Below, one piece after another: positions 1 through 9,119 of a stretch of 64,000 bases of DNA (positions within the stretch are counted from its first letter, which is position 1; every line of letters begins with the position of its first letter). This DNA comes from a virus: positions 64,001-128,000 of IMG/VR virus record IMGVR_UViG_3300036792_000267, one strand, 5' to 3'. Both the position numbers and the translations under genes were made by a program. The notes under the pieces are model-generated. The model saw only the letters and a list, made by a program, of their open reading frames with translations. It searched no databases and was not told where the DNA came from.

Positions 1-16
1 CGTCATCGTCACCCTG

Positions 17-229
17 ATGGAGCCGGTCGGCGGGGTTCAGGAGGTCACCGTGCCGAGTGGTGACGTGACCGTCGCGGCCGAGGCCGGCAACCTCATCGGC
101 GTGCAGCTCAAGACCCCGGACGGGCGGCACCTGTTCATCAGTGCCGCCAACCTCGCCGGGATGATCGACGCCCCGGCCAGCGAGGACAAGGACAAGCCCG
201 CACGGCCCCCCAGGCAGCCAGGGAAGTAA
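17..229 (+). CDS. hypothetical protein
   Basis: ORF with high-GC3 codon usage directly upstream of portal; true start may lie left of the window. Confidence 0.6.
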   Translation: MEPVGGVQEVTVPSGDVTVAAEAGNLIGVQLKTPDGRHLFISAANLAGMIDAPASEDKDKPARPPRQPGK

Positions 230-248
230 GCCCCCCGATTAAGGGGTC

Positions 249-1853
249 ATGACTACACCAGGCGGCGGCCAGGGCTCCTACAGCGCCAGCGTGCAGCCGC
301 CTGGTGGCATGGGGGTCAGCAGCCAGGGTTACGGCCAGGAGGGCTACGTCCTTCAGGATGAGCAGTCGCTCGTCCGGCCGCCTGACGAGGCGCTTAACTT
401 CGCCACCGGCGTCCCGTATTTTCTACCCTTCGCAACCCCGTACCGGGATTCGTGGGAAGTCTTCCGCGACGACCCGGTGTCGATCCGCCAGCTGGTCACC
501 ATGCGCCGCCGCGACGGCCAGGCCAGGGCGCTGTACCGGCTGCTGACCAAGCCCCTGCTGAGCGCGATGAAGAACGCCGACGTGGTGCCTGCCGACGGCG
601 TGGTGGGCGGGGTCGAGGAAGCGCAGTTCTGCAAGGACCTGCTGTTCGCGCCGCGGGCGCAGGGCGGGATGACGCACAGCTTCGACAAGTTCGTCAAGCA
701 GATGCTGCTCGCGCTGTTCAACGGGTTCAGCGCCTGGGAGATGGTCTACTGGCGGCCGAAGACGGGGCCGAACAAGGGCAAGTGGACGCTGCGGAAGATC
801 GACTGGCGGCCGAGTGAGACGCTGACGTTCCTCCTTGACGGCCAGGGCGAGTTCAACGGCTTCCGGCAGCGCACGTTCTTCCAGGGCCGCACCATTGACG
901 TCAAGATCGAGAAAGAAACTGCGCTGTACTACGCGCACGAGGAAGCCGAACGCCCGTTCTACGGCGTATCGATGTTCGAAAGCGCCTTTTACCACTACGA
1001 CAAGAAGGAAAAGCTCTACTATATCGCGCACCTGGCTGCGCAAAGGGCCGCCGTGGGACTGCGCGTGGGCACGATGGTGCCGAATGCCGCAGCGGAAGAC
1101 AAGAACAACTTCATCCGCGCGCTTGCTCAGCTGGGGCTCGCGCAGTACATCGCGCTGCCCACCGCCGACTGGACGGTGCAGACGCTCAACGAGGCTGCGG
1201 CCCGCTTTGACTTCCTCGGGTTGATCAACCACCACAATTCGCAGATGTCAAAGAGCGTTCTCGCTCAGTGGTTCGACAATGAGCAGGGCGGCGGCCAGGG
1301 GGATAGCACACTGGTCGACTTCGGGAAGCAAGACGACGTGACCTATTTCCTCATGCTGGAAGGCATCCTGGAGGAAATGGCACAGGTCGTCACCGACCAC
1401 ATCTTCCCGCGCTTTGTCGACTGGAATTTCGGGTCGGGCAAGTACCCGCAGTTCAAGTGGGGCCCGCTGACCGAGGAGGCCAAGAGCGCGATCAAGGACG
1501 CGTTCCTCCAGCTGGCCGTTGCCGGCCAGCAGGCGAACGTCACGCCGGAGTTCATGCTGGCGCTGGAGCAGCGGGAGGCCACTGACTTCGGGTTCGACAT
1601 CGACTACGACAAGATCAAGGCCGAGCGCGAGAAGCAGCAGAAGCAGCTGCTTGACCAGCAGAAGAAGCAGGCGCAGCAGGCCCAGCAGCAGGCGCAGAAC
1701 CCGGTGCAGGCTGGGAAGGGCGGGTCGCAGCAGCAGCCGGTGGTGCACATCAAGGTGCCGGTCGGCTCGCAGACCTCGGCCACCGGCACGTCGGCGTCCT
1801 CTGGCGGCAGCGCGGTTGGCCAGACCACCAAGGGGAACGGGCTGGGCGGGTGA
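249..1853 (+). CDS. phage portal protein (Mu gp29/DUF935-like)
   Basis: 534 aa; ALFNGFSAWEMVY, PFYGVSMFESAF, HHNSQMSKSVLAQ, IFPRFVDWNFG motifs; first gene of head module. Confidence 0.85.
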   Translation: MTTPGGGQGSYSASVQPPGGMGVSSQGYGQEGYVLQDEQSLVRPPDEALNFATGVPYFLPFATPYRDSWEVFRDDPVSIRQLVTMRRRDGQARALYRLLTKPLLSAMKNADVVPADGVVGGVEEAQFCKDLLFAPRAQGGMTHSFDKFVKQMLLALFNGFSAWEMVYWRPKTGPNKGKWTLRKIDWRPSETLTFLLDGQGEFNGFRQRTFFQGRTIDVKIEKETALYYAHEEAERPFYGVSMFESAFYHYDKKEKLYYIAHLAAQRAAVGLRVGTMVPNAAAEDKNNFIRALAQLGLAQYIALPTADWTVQTLNEAAARFDFLGLINHHNSQMSKSVLAQWFDNEQGGGQGDSTLVDFGKQDDVTYFLMLEGILEEMAQVVTDHIFPRFVDWNFGSGKYPQFKWGPLTEEAKSAIKDAFLQLAVAGQQANVTPEFMLALEQREATDFGFDIDYDKIKAEREKQQKQLLDQQKKQAQQAQQQAQNPVQAGKGGSQQQPVVHIKVPVGSQTSATGTSASSGGSAVGQTTKGNGLGG

Positions 1854-2155
1854 GCGCGCACGATGCCATGGTGGCGCTCGCCCGCGACCTTATCGAGGAG
1901 ATTGCCGCCGGGCGCGCGGTCGAGCTGGCGGCCGGCATGGGGGTTCCCGGCCAGCCAGCCGCCCCCGACCCGTCGCTGCTGCCGAAGACCGCGCCGACGG
2001 GAGCCGCCGCCGTGTACCCGCAGCTCGGCCAGGCCCTGGTGACCCGGCCGGGCGACACCATCTCCGGGCTCGCCTACACGCACCTCACGCCTAACCCGCC
2101 ACCCGGTCAGCCCGGTCAGCCGCCGCGACCGGGGCAGCCGATTGCCGGGCAGTGA
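1850..2155 (+). CDS. hypothetical proline-rich protein
   Basis: GTGA overlap with portal stop. Confidence 0.6.
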   Translation: MSAHDAMVALARDLIEEIAAGRAVELAAGMGVPGQPAAPDPSLLPKTAPTGAAAVYPQLGQALVTRPGDTISGLAYTHLTPNPPPGQPGQPPRPGQPIAGQ

Positions 2156-2631
2156 GCGACGCCCGGCAGATGCAACAGACCGCCCCGTACCCTGATGAGC
2201 TGGCCTGCCTGGTTGAGTGCTTGTGCTACCGACGGCACCTGGGCTGGAGCGTGTGGCTGGAAGACGACTGCGTACGCGACCCGGCCTCAACGCACAGGGG
2301 GGAGTCGCGTGGCCTGACGCTGGTGGTGCAGCGGTGCGGGCCCAACACTTACCACCCCGAGCACATGATGACGGTTAACCACTACTTCCCGGTGCCACCC
2401 GCCTCTTACAAGCTCGCGTCGTGGCAGAGGTGGCTGTTCGACCGGCTGGGTGACGTGGACACCCATGAGCGCATGGAGGACTTCGCGGTTGCCGACCACC
2501 CTGGCAGCGCGAACATGACTCGTCCGTACAAGCCCAACCACGGCCCAGGTGAAGACCCGTATCGCGTGTGCGAGTTCACCACTGACGAGGCGCGGCGCAC
2601 GTCGTTCCGCGGGGACCTGAACCCCGAGTAG
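2152..2631 (+). CDS. hypothetical protein
   Basis: 159 aa ORF preceded by CCGAT-N9-GTG. Confidence 0.7.
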   Translation: MSDARQMQQTAPYPDELACLVECLCYRRHLGWSVWLEDDCVRDPASTHRGESRGLTLVVQRCGPNTYHPEHMMTVNHYFPVPPASYKLASWQRWLFDRLGDVDTHERMEDFAVADHPGSANMTRPYKPNHGPGEDPYRVCEFTTDEARRTSFRGDLNPE

Positions 2632-2632
2632 C

Positions 2633-3640
2633 GTGGCCTCGCTCGGGCAGGAGCTTGCCTCCGCTGTCCGCCAGTCGGTTGCCGAGGCGGCCGGCTACCT
2701 GGCGCTGGTCACCCGCAACAACCCCACGGGGACGGCCGAGGACCTGCTGCGCCGGCCTGACACTGACGCGGTGCTGCAGCAGGCCCTGGACGAGGCACGG
2801 GAGTCGGCCAGGGAAGTAGTCCAGCAGGCGTGGTACTCCGCAGGGGGCGTGACCGGCGAAGACGAGACGCTGGGTCACCTGCTGGACGATATCGGCCGGA
2901 TTTTCGGGAACCTAGCCCACCTGCGCGGCCTGGTACGGCACGCGCACGCGTCGGTTCCCCGGCGCCCGTTCACCCGCGGCGTGCACGCTCCAGGCGAGCA
3001 CCCGGACCAGCGCGCGGCCGAGGAGCGCGGTGACGCGGTGCGGGACGCGCTGCTTAACTGGGGCCGCCAGGCCGCGCTCCGTGCCCGGATGGCGGCGCAC
3101 ATGGCCGAGGGCACTGGGGCTGCCGCCGCGGTCCTGGCTGACGCGATCGAGCGCGAAGCCCAGGGGGAAAAGCTGCGCAAGCGGTGGCGGGCGCATACTG
3201 AGAGCCCGACATGCTGTCACTGGTGCCGCAAGCTGAACGGGGTGACGATTGGCCTGCGCGAGAGTTTCGCCCCGTTCCTGGGCGGCCCGGCCGTCATGCC
3301 GCAGTCGCGGCAGCGCCACGTGGCCTCCCCGGCCGGGGAGCGGAGGTACGGGCTGCCGGCAGGCGCCAGGATCGTCCTCACGCACCCGCCGCGCCCGTAC
3401 CACGGTAGGCTTCAGGGGCCGTTGCTCCATCCTTTCTGCAGGTGCTGGCTGGAAATCGTACGTACTGGCGACAAAGGTGACGTATCTCCTGATAGCGGGC
3501 CGGCCTCGGCCGGGTTCATCTCCGCGGATGACGTACGGGACATGCCCGAAGACGAGTACCAGGCCGACCTCGCGTTCATGGAGGCTGCCGTCCACGAGCT
3601 TGACCAAATGCTGAAAAGACTGGCTGAGGGCGGTGGCTGA
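2633..3640 (+). CDS. head morphogenesis protein (MuF/SPP1 gp7-like)
   Basis: K-x-W...CxWCxxLNG and PLLHPFCRC motifs; follows portal. Confidence 0.75.
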   Translation: MASLGQELASAVRQSVAEAAGYLALVTRNNPTGTAEDLLRRPDTDAVLQQALDEARESAREVVQQAWYSAGGVTGEDETLGHLLDDIGRIFGNLAHLRGLVRHAHASVPRRPFTRGVHAPGEHPDQRAAEERGDAVRDALLNWGRQAALRARMAAHMAEGTGAAAAVLADAIEREAQGEKLRKRWRAHTESPTCCHWCRKLNGVTIGLRESFAPFLGGPAVMPQSRQRHVASPAGERRYGLPAGARIVLTHPPRPYHGRLQGPLLHPFCRCWLEIVRTGDKGDVSPDSGPASAGFISADDVRDMPEDEYQADLAFMEAAVHELDQMLKRLAEGGG

Positions 3641-3866
3641 CAAGACACGCCAGTGGTTCGCGGACAGCAACGTCTCCTATGCCCTCGGGGTTCTCGCCTT
3701 GTTCGAGCACGCCCGCGAGCACCGGGTGCACTACATCTACGGGCCGCTCGACCTTCACTCCATGACCGACGGCGGGCTGACGGTCTCCGGCACCGAGCAA
3801 GAGCTTGAGCAGGCTGCCGCGGTGCTTGGCAACGTGCCCGGCCTGGTGGAGTACCAGCCCGATTAG
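3633..3866 (+). CDS. hypothetical protein
   Basis: overlaps upstream stop, typical codon usage. Confidence 0.6.
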   Translation: MADKTRQWFADSNVSYALGVLALFEHAREHRVHYIYGPLDLHSMTDGGLTVSGTEQELEQAAAVLGNVPGLVEYQPD

Positions 3867-3872
3867 CCGCAT

Positions 3873-4214
3873 GTGAGCGAATGGACGACCCGCGGCGAAG
3901 GCGAGTGGGCGGTGCGCGAGGAGCCTGCACCGGAAGAGGAAAGCAGCCCCCAGGCCGGCGCTGGCCCGGAGACTGCTGACATTGACGAGGACGCGGCCCC
4001 TGACGCTGACGGGTTACGAGGCGAAGGCGCGCGGGTCCTGGTTAACGAGCAGCCAGAACGTGGTTTCGCTGGCGGTTACCTCGGCTGGCTTGCTTCCGAT
4101 CCCTGTGCCGTTAGGGCCGCCGCCGTTTGCGAAGGACTTGTCCACTTGCCGTTCTCCTGCCGTAGAAATTTGCACGGTTCGCTGCAACGGAACTTATCCT
4201 GCACAGAACGCTAG
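3873..4214 (+). CDS. acidic hypothetical protein with in-frame TTA codons (3' end uncertain, possibly recoded)
   Basis: CCGAT-N9-GTG start; TTA in frame at 4014 and 4194; codon usage atypical after 4014. Confidence 0.5.
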   Translation: MSEWTTRGEGEWAVREEPAPEEESSPQAGAGPETADIDEDAAPDADGLRGEGARVLVNEQPERGFAGGYLGWLASDPCAVRAAAVCEGLVHLPFSCRRNLHGSLQRNLSCTER

Positions 4215-4233
4215 ACCCAAGTCAAGAGGAAGC

Positions 4234-4458
4234 ATGATCGCCAAGCTGAACGGGGACGTGCCGGGGGAAATCGCCGAGATCGCCGGGCATCTGCAGGCAG
4301 CCGGGCTGGATGACGCGGCGGCCAGGGTGCGCGAGGCCGCGGAGCTGGCCGGCACTGACCCCGGGCAGGCGCAGGACATCCTGCGGGAAGCCTCTGACGC
4401 CCTCATGGCGCAGGTGCCCGCCTACAGCCACCGGCGCAAGGTCCCTTCATCCGATTAG
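4234..4458 (+). CDS. hypothetical protein
   Basis: ATG 4234 after GAGGA; high-GC3 part of the 3982..4458 ORF. Confidence 0.55.
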   Translation: MIAKLNGDVPGEIAEIAGHLQAAGLDDAAARVREAAELAGTDPGQAQDILREASDALMAQVPAYSHRRKVPSSD

Positions 4459-4464
4459 GGGTGC

Positions 4465-5583
4465 ATGGCCGATGACCTGCGCTACATCGTGCCGGCCCCC
4501 GGTGGCGACACCTACGAGCCGGTCGCCGACGTCCCGGTAGCCCTCGCCCGTTCCCGCCGGGTCCAGGGGAAGCTGTTCGAGAAGCACATTCTCAACAAGG
4601 GCCCGCTGCTGCACCCGAAAACCGGCAAGGTCATCAACGTCGATGACGCGTTCGTCGCGACGATGCAGGCCAACTTCACCAAGGGCTACTGCGACATCGT
4701 GCAGCTCCCGCTCGCCAACGACCAGAACGAGCACGTGGAGGGCCCGGCCGCCAACCTGGGCGAGGTGGTCGGCATCAAGGAGCGCGGTGGCAAGGTCTAC
4801 GCGCTGGTAGACGCCCGCCAGGACGCCGACAAGTTCGGCAAGACCTACCTGGGCGCGAGCGCGTTCCTGTCGACCAACTACACCGACTCGGCCACCGGCA
4901 ACAAGGTGGGGCCGACGCTGCTTCACGTGGCGGTCACCAACCGGCCTTACGTCACCGGACTGGACGACTACAAGGAAGTCCTGGCCGCGTCAGCCGATAG
5001 CACGGGAGAAGTCGTCGTACTCACAGCCGTGCCGGAGGAAACCGTGCCGATGACCAGGGAAGAGCTGCTTGCCGCTCTGAAGAACGAGCACGGCATCGAC
5101 GTTGCCGCCCTGCAGGCGTCCGCTGCCGCGCCGCCCGCGCCGGACACCGCCGGGCTGACCGCCTCGGTGGTCCAGGCGCTGAAGGACGGCGGGTACGTGT
5201 CGCTGACCGTCGACCCGGGCCAGGTGAGCCTGGGCGACGTGACCGCCGCGGTGGTGGAGCTGGCCGCCGACAACAAGGGCCTGCGCGGCGAGGTGGACGA
5301 GCTGAAGCTGGCTGCCGCCACGACCGAGGTGGACAGCTACATCGGTACCGGGCGGCTGCTCCCGAAGGCGAAGAACGTGGCCATCCAGATGGCGCTGTCC
5401 AACCGCGACGGGCTGGACGCCATCCTCGCCCCCGCTGACCGCCCGTACGTGAAGCTCGACCAGCAGGTGGGGCTGTCCGGCCCGGACGGCGAGCAGCGGC
5501 AGGAGCAGGACATCGACGCCGAGGTGATGCGCCTGGCGGCGCAGCACAAGGAGTTCTTCACGCCGGACGGCACCCGGAACTAG
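4465..5583 (+). CDS. capsid maturation protease / scaffold (Mu gpI-like)
   Basis: YLGASAF...GPTLLHVAVTNRPYVTGL motif; coiled-coil C-terminus; position before decoration/capsid. Confidence 0.8.
   Translation: MADDLRYIVPAPGGDTYEPVADVPVALARSRRVQGKLFEKHILNKGPLLHPKTGKVINVDDAFVATMQANFTKGYCDIVQLPLANDQNEHVEGPAANLGEVVGIKERGGKVYALVDARQDADKFGKTYLGASAFLSTNYTDSATGNKVGPTLLHVAVTNRPYVTGLDDYKEVLAASADSTGEVVVLTAVPEETVPMTREELLAALKNEHGIDVAALQASAAAPPAPDTAGLTASVVQALKDGGYVSLTVDPGQVSLGDVTAAVVELAADNKGLRGEVDELKLAAATTEVDSYIGTGRLLPKAKNVAIQMALSNRDGLDAILAPADRPYVKLDQQVGLSGPDGEQRQEQDIDAEVMRLAAQHKEFFTPDGTRN
5044..5583 (+). CDS. probable nested scaffolding protein
   Basis: in-frame GTG 5044 with GGAGG at 5034-5038 and internal CCGAT at 4994. 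Confidence 0.5.
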   Translation: MPMTREELLAALKNEHGIDVAALQASAAAPPAPDTAGLTASVVQALKDGGYVSLTVDPGQVSLGDVTAAVVELAADNKGLRGEVDELKLAAATTEVDSYIGTGRLLPKAKNVAIQMALSNRDGLDAILAPADRPYVKLDQQVGLSGPDGEQRQEQDIDAEVMRLAAQHKEFFTPDGTRN

Positions 5584-5613
5584 CCGGGTTTTTCACCACG
5601 AGGAGCGCGGCAG

Positions 5614-6303
5614 ATGCCATCCAACGACTCGTTCGAGTTTGACTACCCGCCGGGTTACGTCAAGCCGACGCACGAGTACGGCCAGGGGTTCGGCGACGAG
5701 TTCCATGCTGAGGCGGTACAGGAACTCCTACTCAGCTATGCCGGGTTCACCCAGCGCGGTGTCACCCTGGCAGCCGGGCAGGGCGTACTGCCGACGGGCA
5801 CGATCATCGCCCGGCACACCGCCTCGGGGAAGTACTTCTCCTACCAGGCGGGCGCGACTGACGGGCGTCAGGTCCCGGTCGGCGTGCTGCGCGACGGGCG
5901 CGACACCGGCGGCCCCGGCGCGGCGAGCCTGTCGGCCTACAACTCCGGCACCAACGGGGTGAACCCGGACGCCATCACGCTGGTCGGCGGCGCGGTCATC
6001 TTCCCGGCGAGCCCGGGAGGCAAGACGGCCACTGACGCGCTCGGCAACATGGTCATCCGCGGCATCCTCAACGGCAACGTGGTCTCCGGCACCGACACGA
6101 CCAACATCATCAACGGCAGCGGGCTGGGCTCCGGCGCCGGCCAGGCGATGGTGCTGCTCGGCGCGCGCTACGTGCCCTACGGCGGCGCGGTCTCCGGCGC
6201 TTCCCTGGGTGCCCCGTTCCCTGGCGGCCCGATGGACGGCGTTCCCCCGTCGAACGCGGGCGTGGTGCCGACCGGCGTCGGGACCAACGCCTTCATCTTC
6301 TAG
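5614..6303 (+). CDS. head decoration protein (lambda gpD-like)
   Basis: GVTLAAGQGVLPTGTII...SGKY...DGRQVPVGVL motif; precedes capsid. Confidence 0.75.
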   Translation: MPSNDSFEFDYPPGYVKPTHEYGQGFGDEFHAEAVQELLLSYAGFTQRGVTLAAGQGVLPTGTIIARHTASGKYFSYQAGATDGRQVPVGVLRDGRDTGGPGAASLSAYNSGTNGVNPDAITLVGGAVIFPASPGGKTATDALGNMVIRGILNGNVVSGTDTTNIINGSGLGSGAGQAMVLLGARYVPYGGAVSGASLGAPFPGGPMDGVPPSNAGVVPTGVGTNAFIF

Positions 6304-6309
6304 TTCGGA

Positions 6310-6335
6310 AGGCCTGCTGCCCCGGCAGCAGGCCT
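6310..6335 (+). terminator. hairpin after decoration gene
   Basis: AGGCCTGCTGCC / GGCAGCAGGCCT inverted repeat. Confidence 0.6.
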
Positions 6336-6361
6336 CTCGCGTGCCAGCCGATAGCGACGGC

Positions 6362-6691
6362 GTGTGGGTAACCCGGGCAGACCTCAGGGCGCTGGAGCAG
6401 CGCCTTGACCAGAGGCTGTCTCAGATCGACGCCAAACTAGGAGCAGTCATGGCATCGCAGGACGACATCGACGCGGCGGTTGCGCAGATCAACACCACCA
6501 TGGGTGACCTGCAGGCGCAGTCGGCCGCCATTGGCACCGACGTGACCAACATCCAGGCCGCGCTGGCGGCCCTCCCGCAGAACGTGGACACCTCGGCCCT
6601 CAACGCCGCGGTTGCCTCGCTCGCGCAGAACCAGGCGAGCCTCGACTCGGCTGTGGGCGGCCTCAACAACGTGCTCCCGCCTGCCCCGTGA
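6362..6691 (+). CDS. coiled-coil hypothetical protein
   Basis: CCGAT-N9-GTG 6362; heptad-like sequence; possible second start ATG 6449 with AGGAG. Confidence 0.65.
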   Translation: MWVTRADLRALEQRLDQRLSQIDAKLGAVMASQDDIDAAVAQINTTMGDLQAQSAAIGTDVTNIQAALAALPQNVDTSALNAAVASLAQNQASLDSAVGGLNNVLPPAP

Positions 6692-6721
6692 TACTGCCAG
6701 CTGCGTAGTAAGCTGCCGTCG

Positions 6722-6764
6722 CCAGGCCCCCGGGACGCCCGTCCGCTGGGGGCCTGGTCCTTTT
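6722..6764 (+). terminator. intrinsic terminator between convergent genes
   Basis: CCAGGCCCCC / GGGGGCCTGG stem then TTTT. Confidence 0.6.
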
Positions 6765-7470
6765 AGGCGGCGGCCTCTAGCGCCATCCGGGCCTGGTGCC
6801 GCTCTATGTAGTCGGCTGCAGCCCGTAGCAAGTCGGGGTCGTCGTTGAACATGCCGAGAGCGACGTTGAGGTTCCGGCGGATTAGCCCGCGTAGGCATTT
6901 CCCGCAGCTCCGGTCACCGGGACAGCAACTGCGGTCGTGATCGACGGCGAGGGGGTAAACCTTGCCGGTGCGCTTGCTGACCGAGGTCTCAGGTCGGCCG
7001 CTGATCTCGCAGACGCCGGCCTGCTCAGCTAGTTTTTGGTCGTACCAGCCTGGCGGAAGGCTGTAGACACGATCTCGGTTCTTGGCCCCTTCGCCGTTTG
7101 CGCTGAGGCAGTCCCAGCATTTCCGGCGGTTCTGGTGAGTGGGGTTCACTCTGCAGGTGGCGCAGAGTTTCCCTTGCGCCCGGCAAGCTCCGCACTCGTT
7201 GCGCTCCTTGTCGCCGGGGCTCTTATCTCGCCCGCAGGTAACGCACTTGATTCGGCAGGCCGGGCAACGTTGAGCCTTTGCTCGGTTGTTGCCGCGGTAG
7301 GGCTGGCCGCATGATTCGCAGGGGCGTTCAGCTGTGGCGTATCCGCTGCGCTTACGGACTTTGGCGGCGGCGCACAGGGAGCAGTACGAGCTGAGGGCTC
7401 CTGATGGATAGCGGTGCCGTGGCCGCGTTTTGCAGGTCGGGCAGATGGGTTCGTTTCCGGAGACATTCAC
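6763..7470 (-). CDS. endonuclease VII-like homing endonuclease with zinc-ribbon repeats
   Basis: many CxxC; QAGVCEISG...LAVDHDRSCC...CLRGLI...N.ALG.FNDDPDLLRAAADYI. Confidence 0.85.
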   Translation of the reverse strand: MNVSGNEPICPTCKTRPRHRYPSGALSSYCSLCAAAKVRKRSGYATAERPCESCGQPYRGNNRAKAQRCPACRIKCVTCGRDKSPGDKERNECGACRAQGKLCATCRVNPTHQNRRKCWDCLSANGEGAKNRDRVYSLPPGWYDQKLAEQAGVCEISGRPETSVSKRTGKVYPLAVDHDRSCCPGDRSCGKCLRGLIRRNLNVALGMFNDDPDLLRAAADYIERHQARMALEAAA

Positions 7471-7646
7471 ATTCTCTACTACGTCTGGCCGACTTACCGA
7501 TTAGACGGGGCAAGCGCTCAGGCGTTAGGCCAGCCAGGTGGCTCCTCTACGAGGGAGCGGCGCAGGCCGGGCTCGGAACTTCGGGTCGCTGTGGAACTTA
7601 ACAGCACCTGCCGGCAATGGTCGGCTGACCGGAGGAGGTGAGCCCG

Positions 7647-8883
7647 ATCCCTGACATCAGTCTTTTGGAGCCCGTAGTGCTCCGAGGGGTCGTTTTAAGT
7701 TGAGAAGTTTGTAACGCCAGAAACGTTGCTGCTGCTCAACCGCCTGGACCAGACCCCGTGGCCCTTCCCGTCCGCCACCTGGGACGTGGTGAAGGGATCG
7801 AGAGCGGTCGCCAAGCCGAACGTGCCCAACTCTGAGGCGCACATCATCTCCCGGCTCGGCAGGAGCCAGGAAAGCGCGAGCTTCATCTACTTGCGCGAGA
7901 AGAAGGTCTTTGAGCCGACCACGCTGCACTGGCTGCGGACGCCGGGCGAGATCGCCCGCATCAACGCCGAGCGCGCGGTGCTGAGGGAGATCAACGACCT
8001 CAACCAGCGGTTCGACAACTTCGCCGAGTGGAGCGCCTGGCAAGCGCTGGGCGGCGCGATCCAGTACAACTACGGCGACGTCCAGGCCCTGGTGGACTAC
8101 AAGTTCCCGCGCAGCCACTTCGTCACCCCGGCCACGCCGTGGGTCACTAACACCGCGCTCGGCTACTACACCACCGGCGGCGCCACCGCGGCCGGCGCGG
8201 GAACCAACAGCGGCCAGCCGGGCCAGCCGACCACCCTGGGCCAGGCCCAGACCTCGCTGACCGCGGCCGGCGGCACCATCACCTACGCGACCCCGGTGTC
8301 GATCATCGAAGACGTGCGGTCGTGGAAGCGGCTGCTGGCCGTGCACGGCCGGGTGCCGGCGAAGGAAGTTTTCGCCACCAGCGTCACCATGGCCGGCCTG
8401 ATGGAAGCGTGGGTGTCCGCCACGCAGGCGTCTACCGTGTCGATCCCGGCGACCATGATGAGCGACCGGATGAAGGACGAATTTTACTCGACCGGCATCA
8501 TGACCGGCTTCATGGGCCTCGTCTGGACCACGGTGGAGCAGGTCTTCGAGTCCGACCTCGGCAACCTGACCTTCTTCGTGCCGGATGGCATGATCTACCT
8601 GGGCAACTACACCGACCAGCGGCCAGTGGAGGTCCTGGTCGGCCCGACTGCCGACGACGAGGCCCCCGAAGGTTTTACCGGAAAATATGCCAAGACCTGG
8701 AAGGAGAAGGACCCGTCCGCTCGTCAGTACCTGTTGGAGTGGCACATGCTCCCGATCATCACCAGGCCTGAGCAGATGCTGGTAGCCACCAACGTCATCT
8801 CTGCGGGCGGCAGCGTCACCGTCCCGGCCGGCTACTACAACGGCGGGGCCGGCACTGGCGGAAGCAACGCGCCGGTCGACTAG
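7647..8883 (+). CDS. major capsid protein (lambda gpE-like), interrupted by a 7-nt coding gap at 7695-7701
   Basis: GGAGGTG RBS then (ATC)PDISLLEPVVLRGVV, resuming in +1 frame EKFVTPETLLLLNRL; C-terminal KTWKEKDPSARQYLLEWHMLP typical of gpE-type capsids; alternative start GTG 7638. Confidence 0.85.
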
Positions 8884-8918
8884 CCTTGGCAGCAGCTCTC
8901 GCCGGAGCTGAGTTATAA

Positions 8919-8959
8919 GCAGAACGACCCTCGGGGACATAAACCGGGGGTCGTTCTGC
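8919..8959 (+). terminator. hairpin after capsid gene
   Basis: GCAGAACGACCCTCGG / CCGGGGGTCGTTCTGC 16-bp stem. Confidence 0.7.
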
Positions 8960-9119
8960 GTCCAGGCGTAGTAGTTACCGTGCCGTGGCACGAGGCCCAC
9001 CCCCTCGGACCCGGCACTGGCGACGAGGGAGGGCCGGGAGCACCGCTGGCCATTGCCTGGGTCTTGGCAGAGCCGCTGCCGTCCCTCCCGACTCGCGGGC
9101 AGCCGCCGATTGCCCCGGC

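Noticed and set aside
6763-7725. Group I intron explaining the capsid break next to an endonuclease
   Set aside because: The break is only 7 nt, the nuclease is upstream and on the opposite strand, and no intron core is visible; the same applies to the 13-14 nt tape measure gaps.
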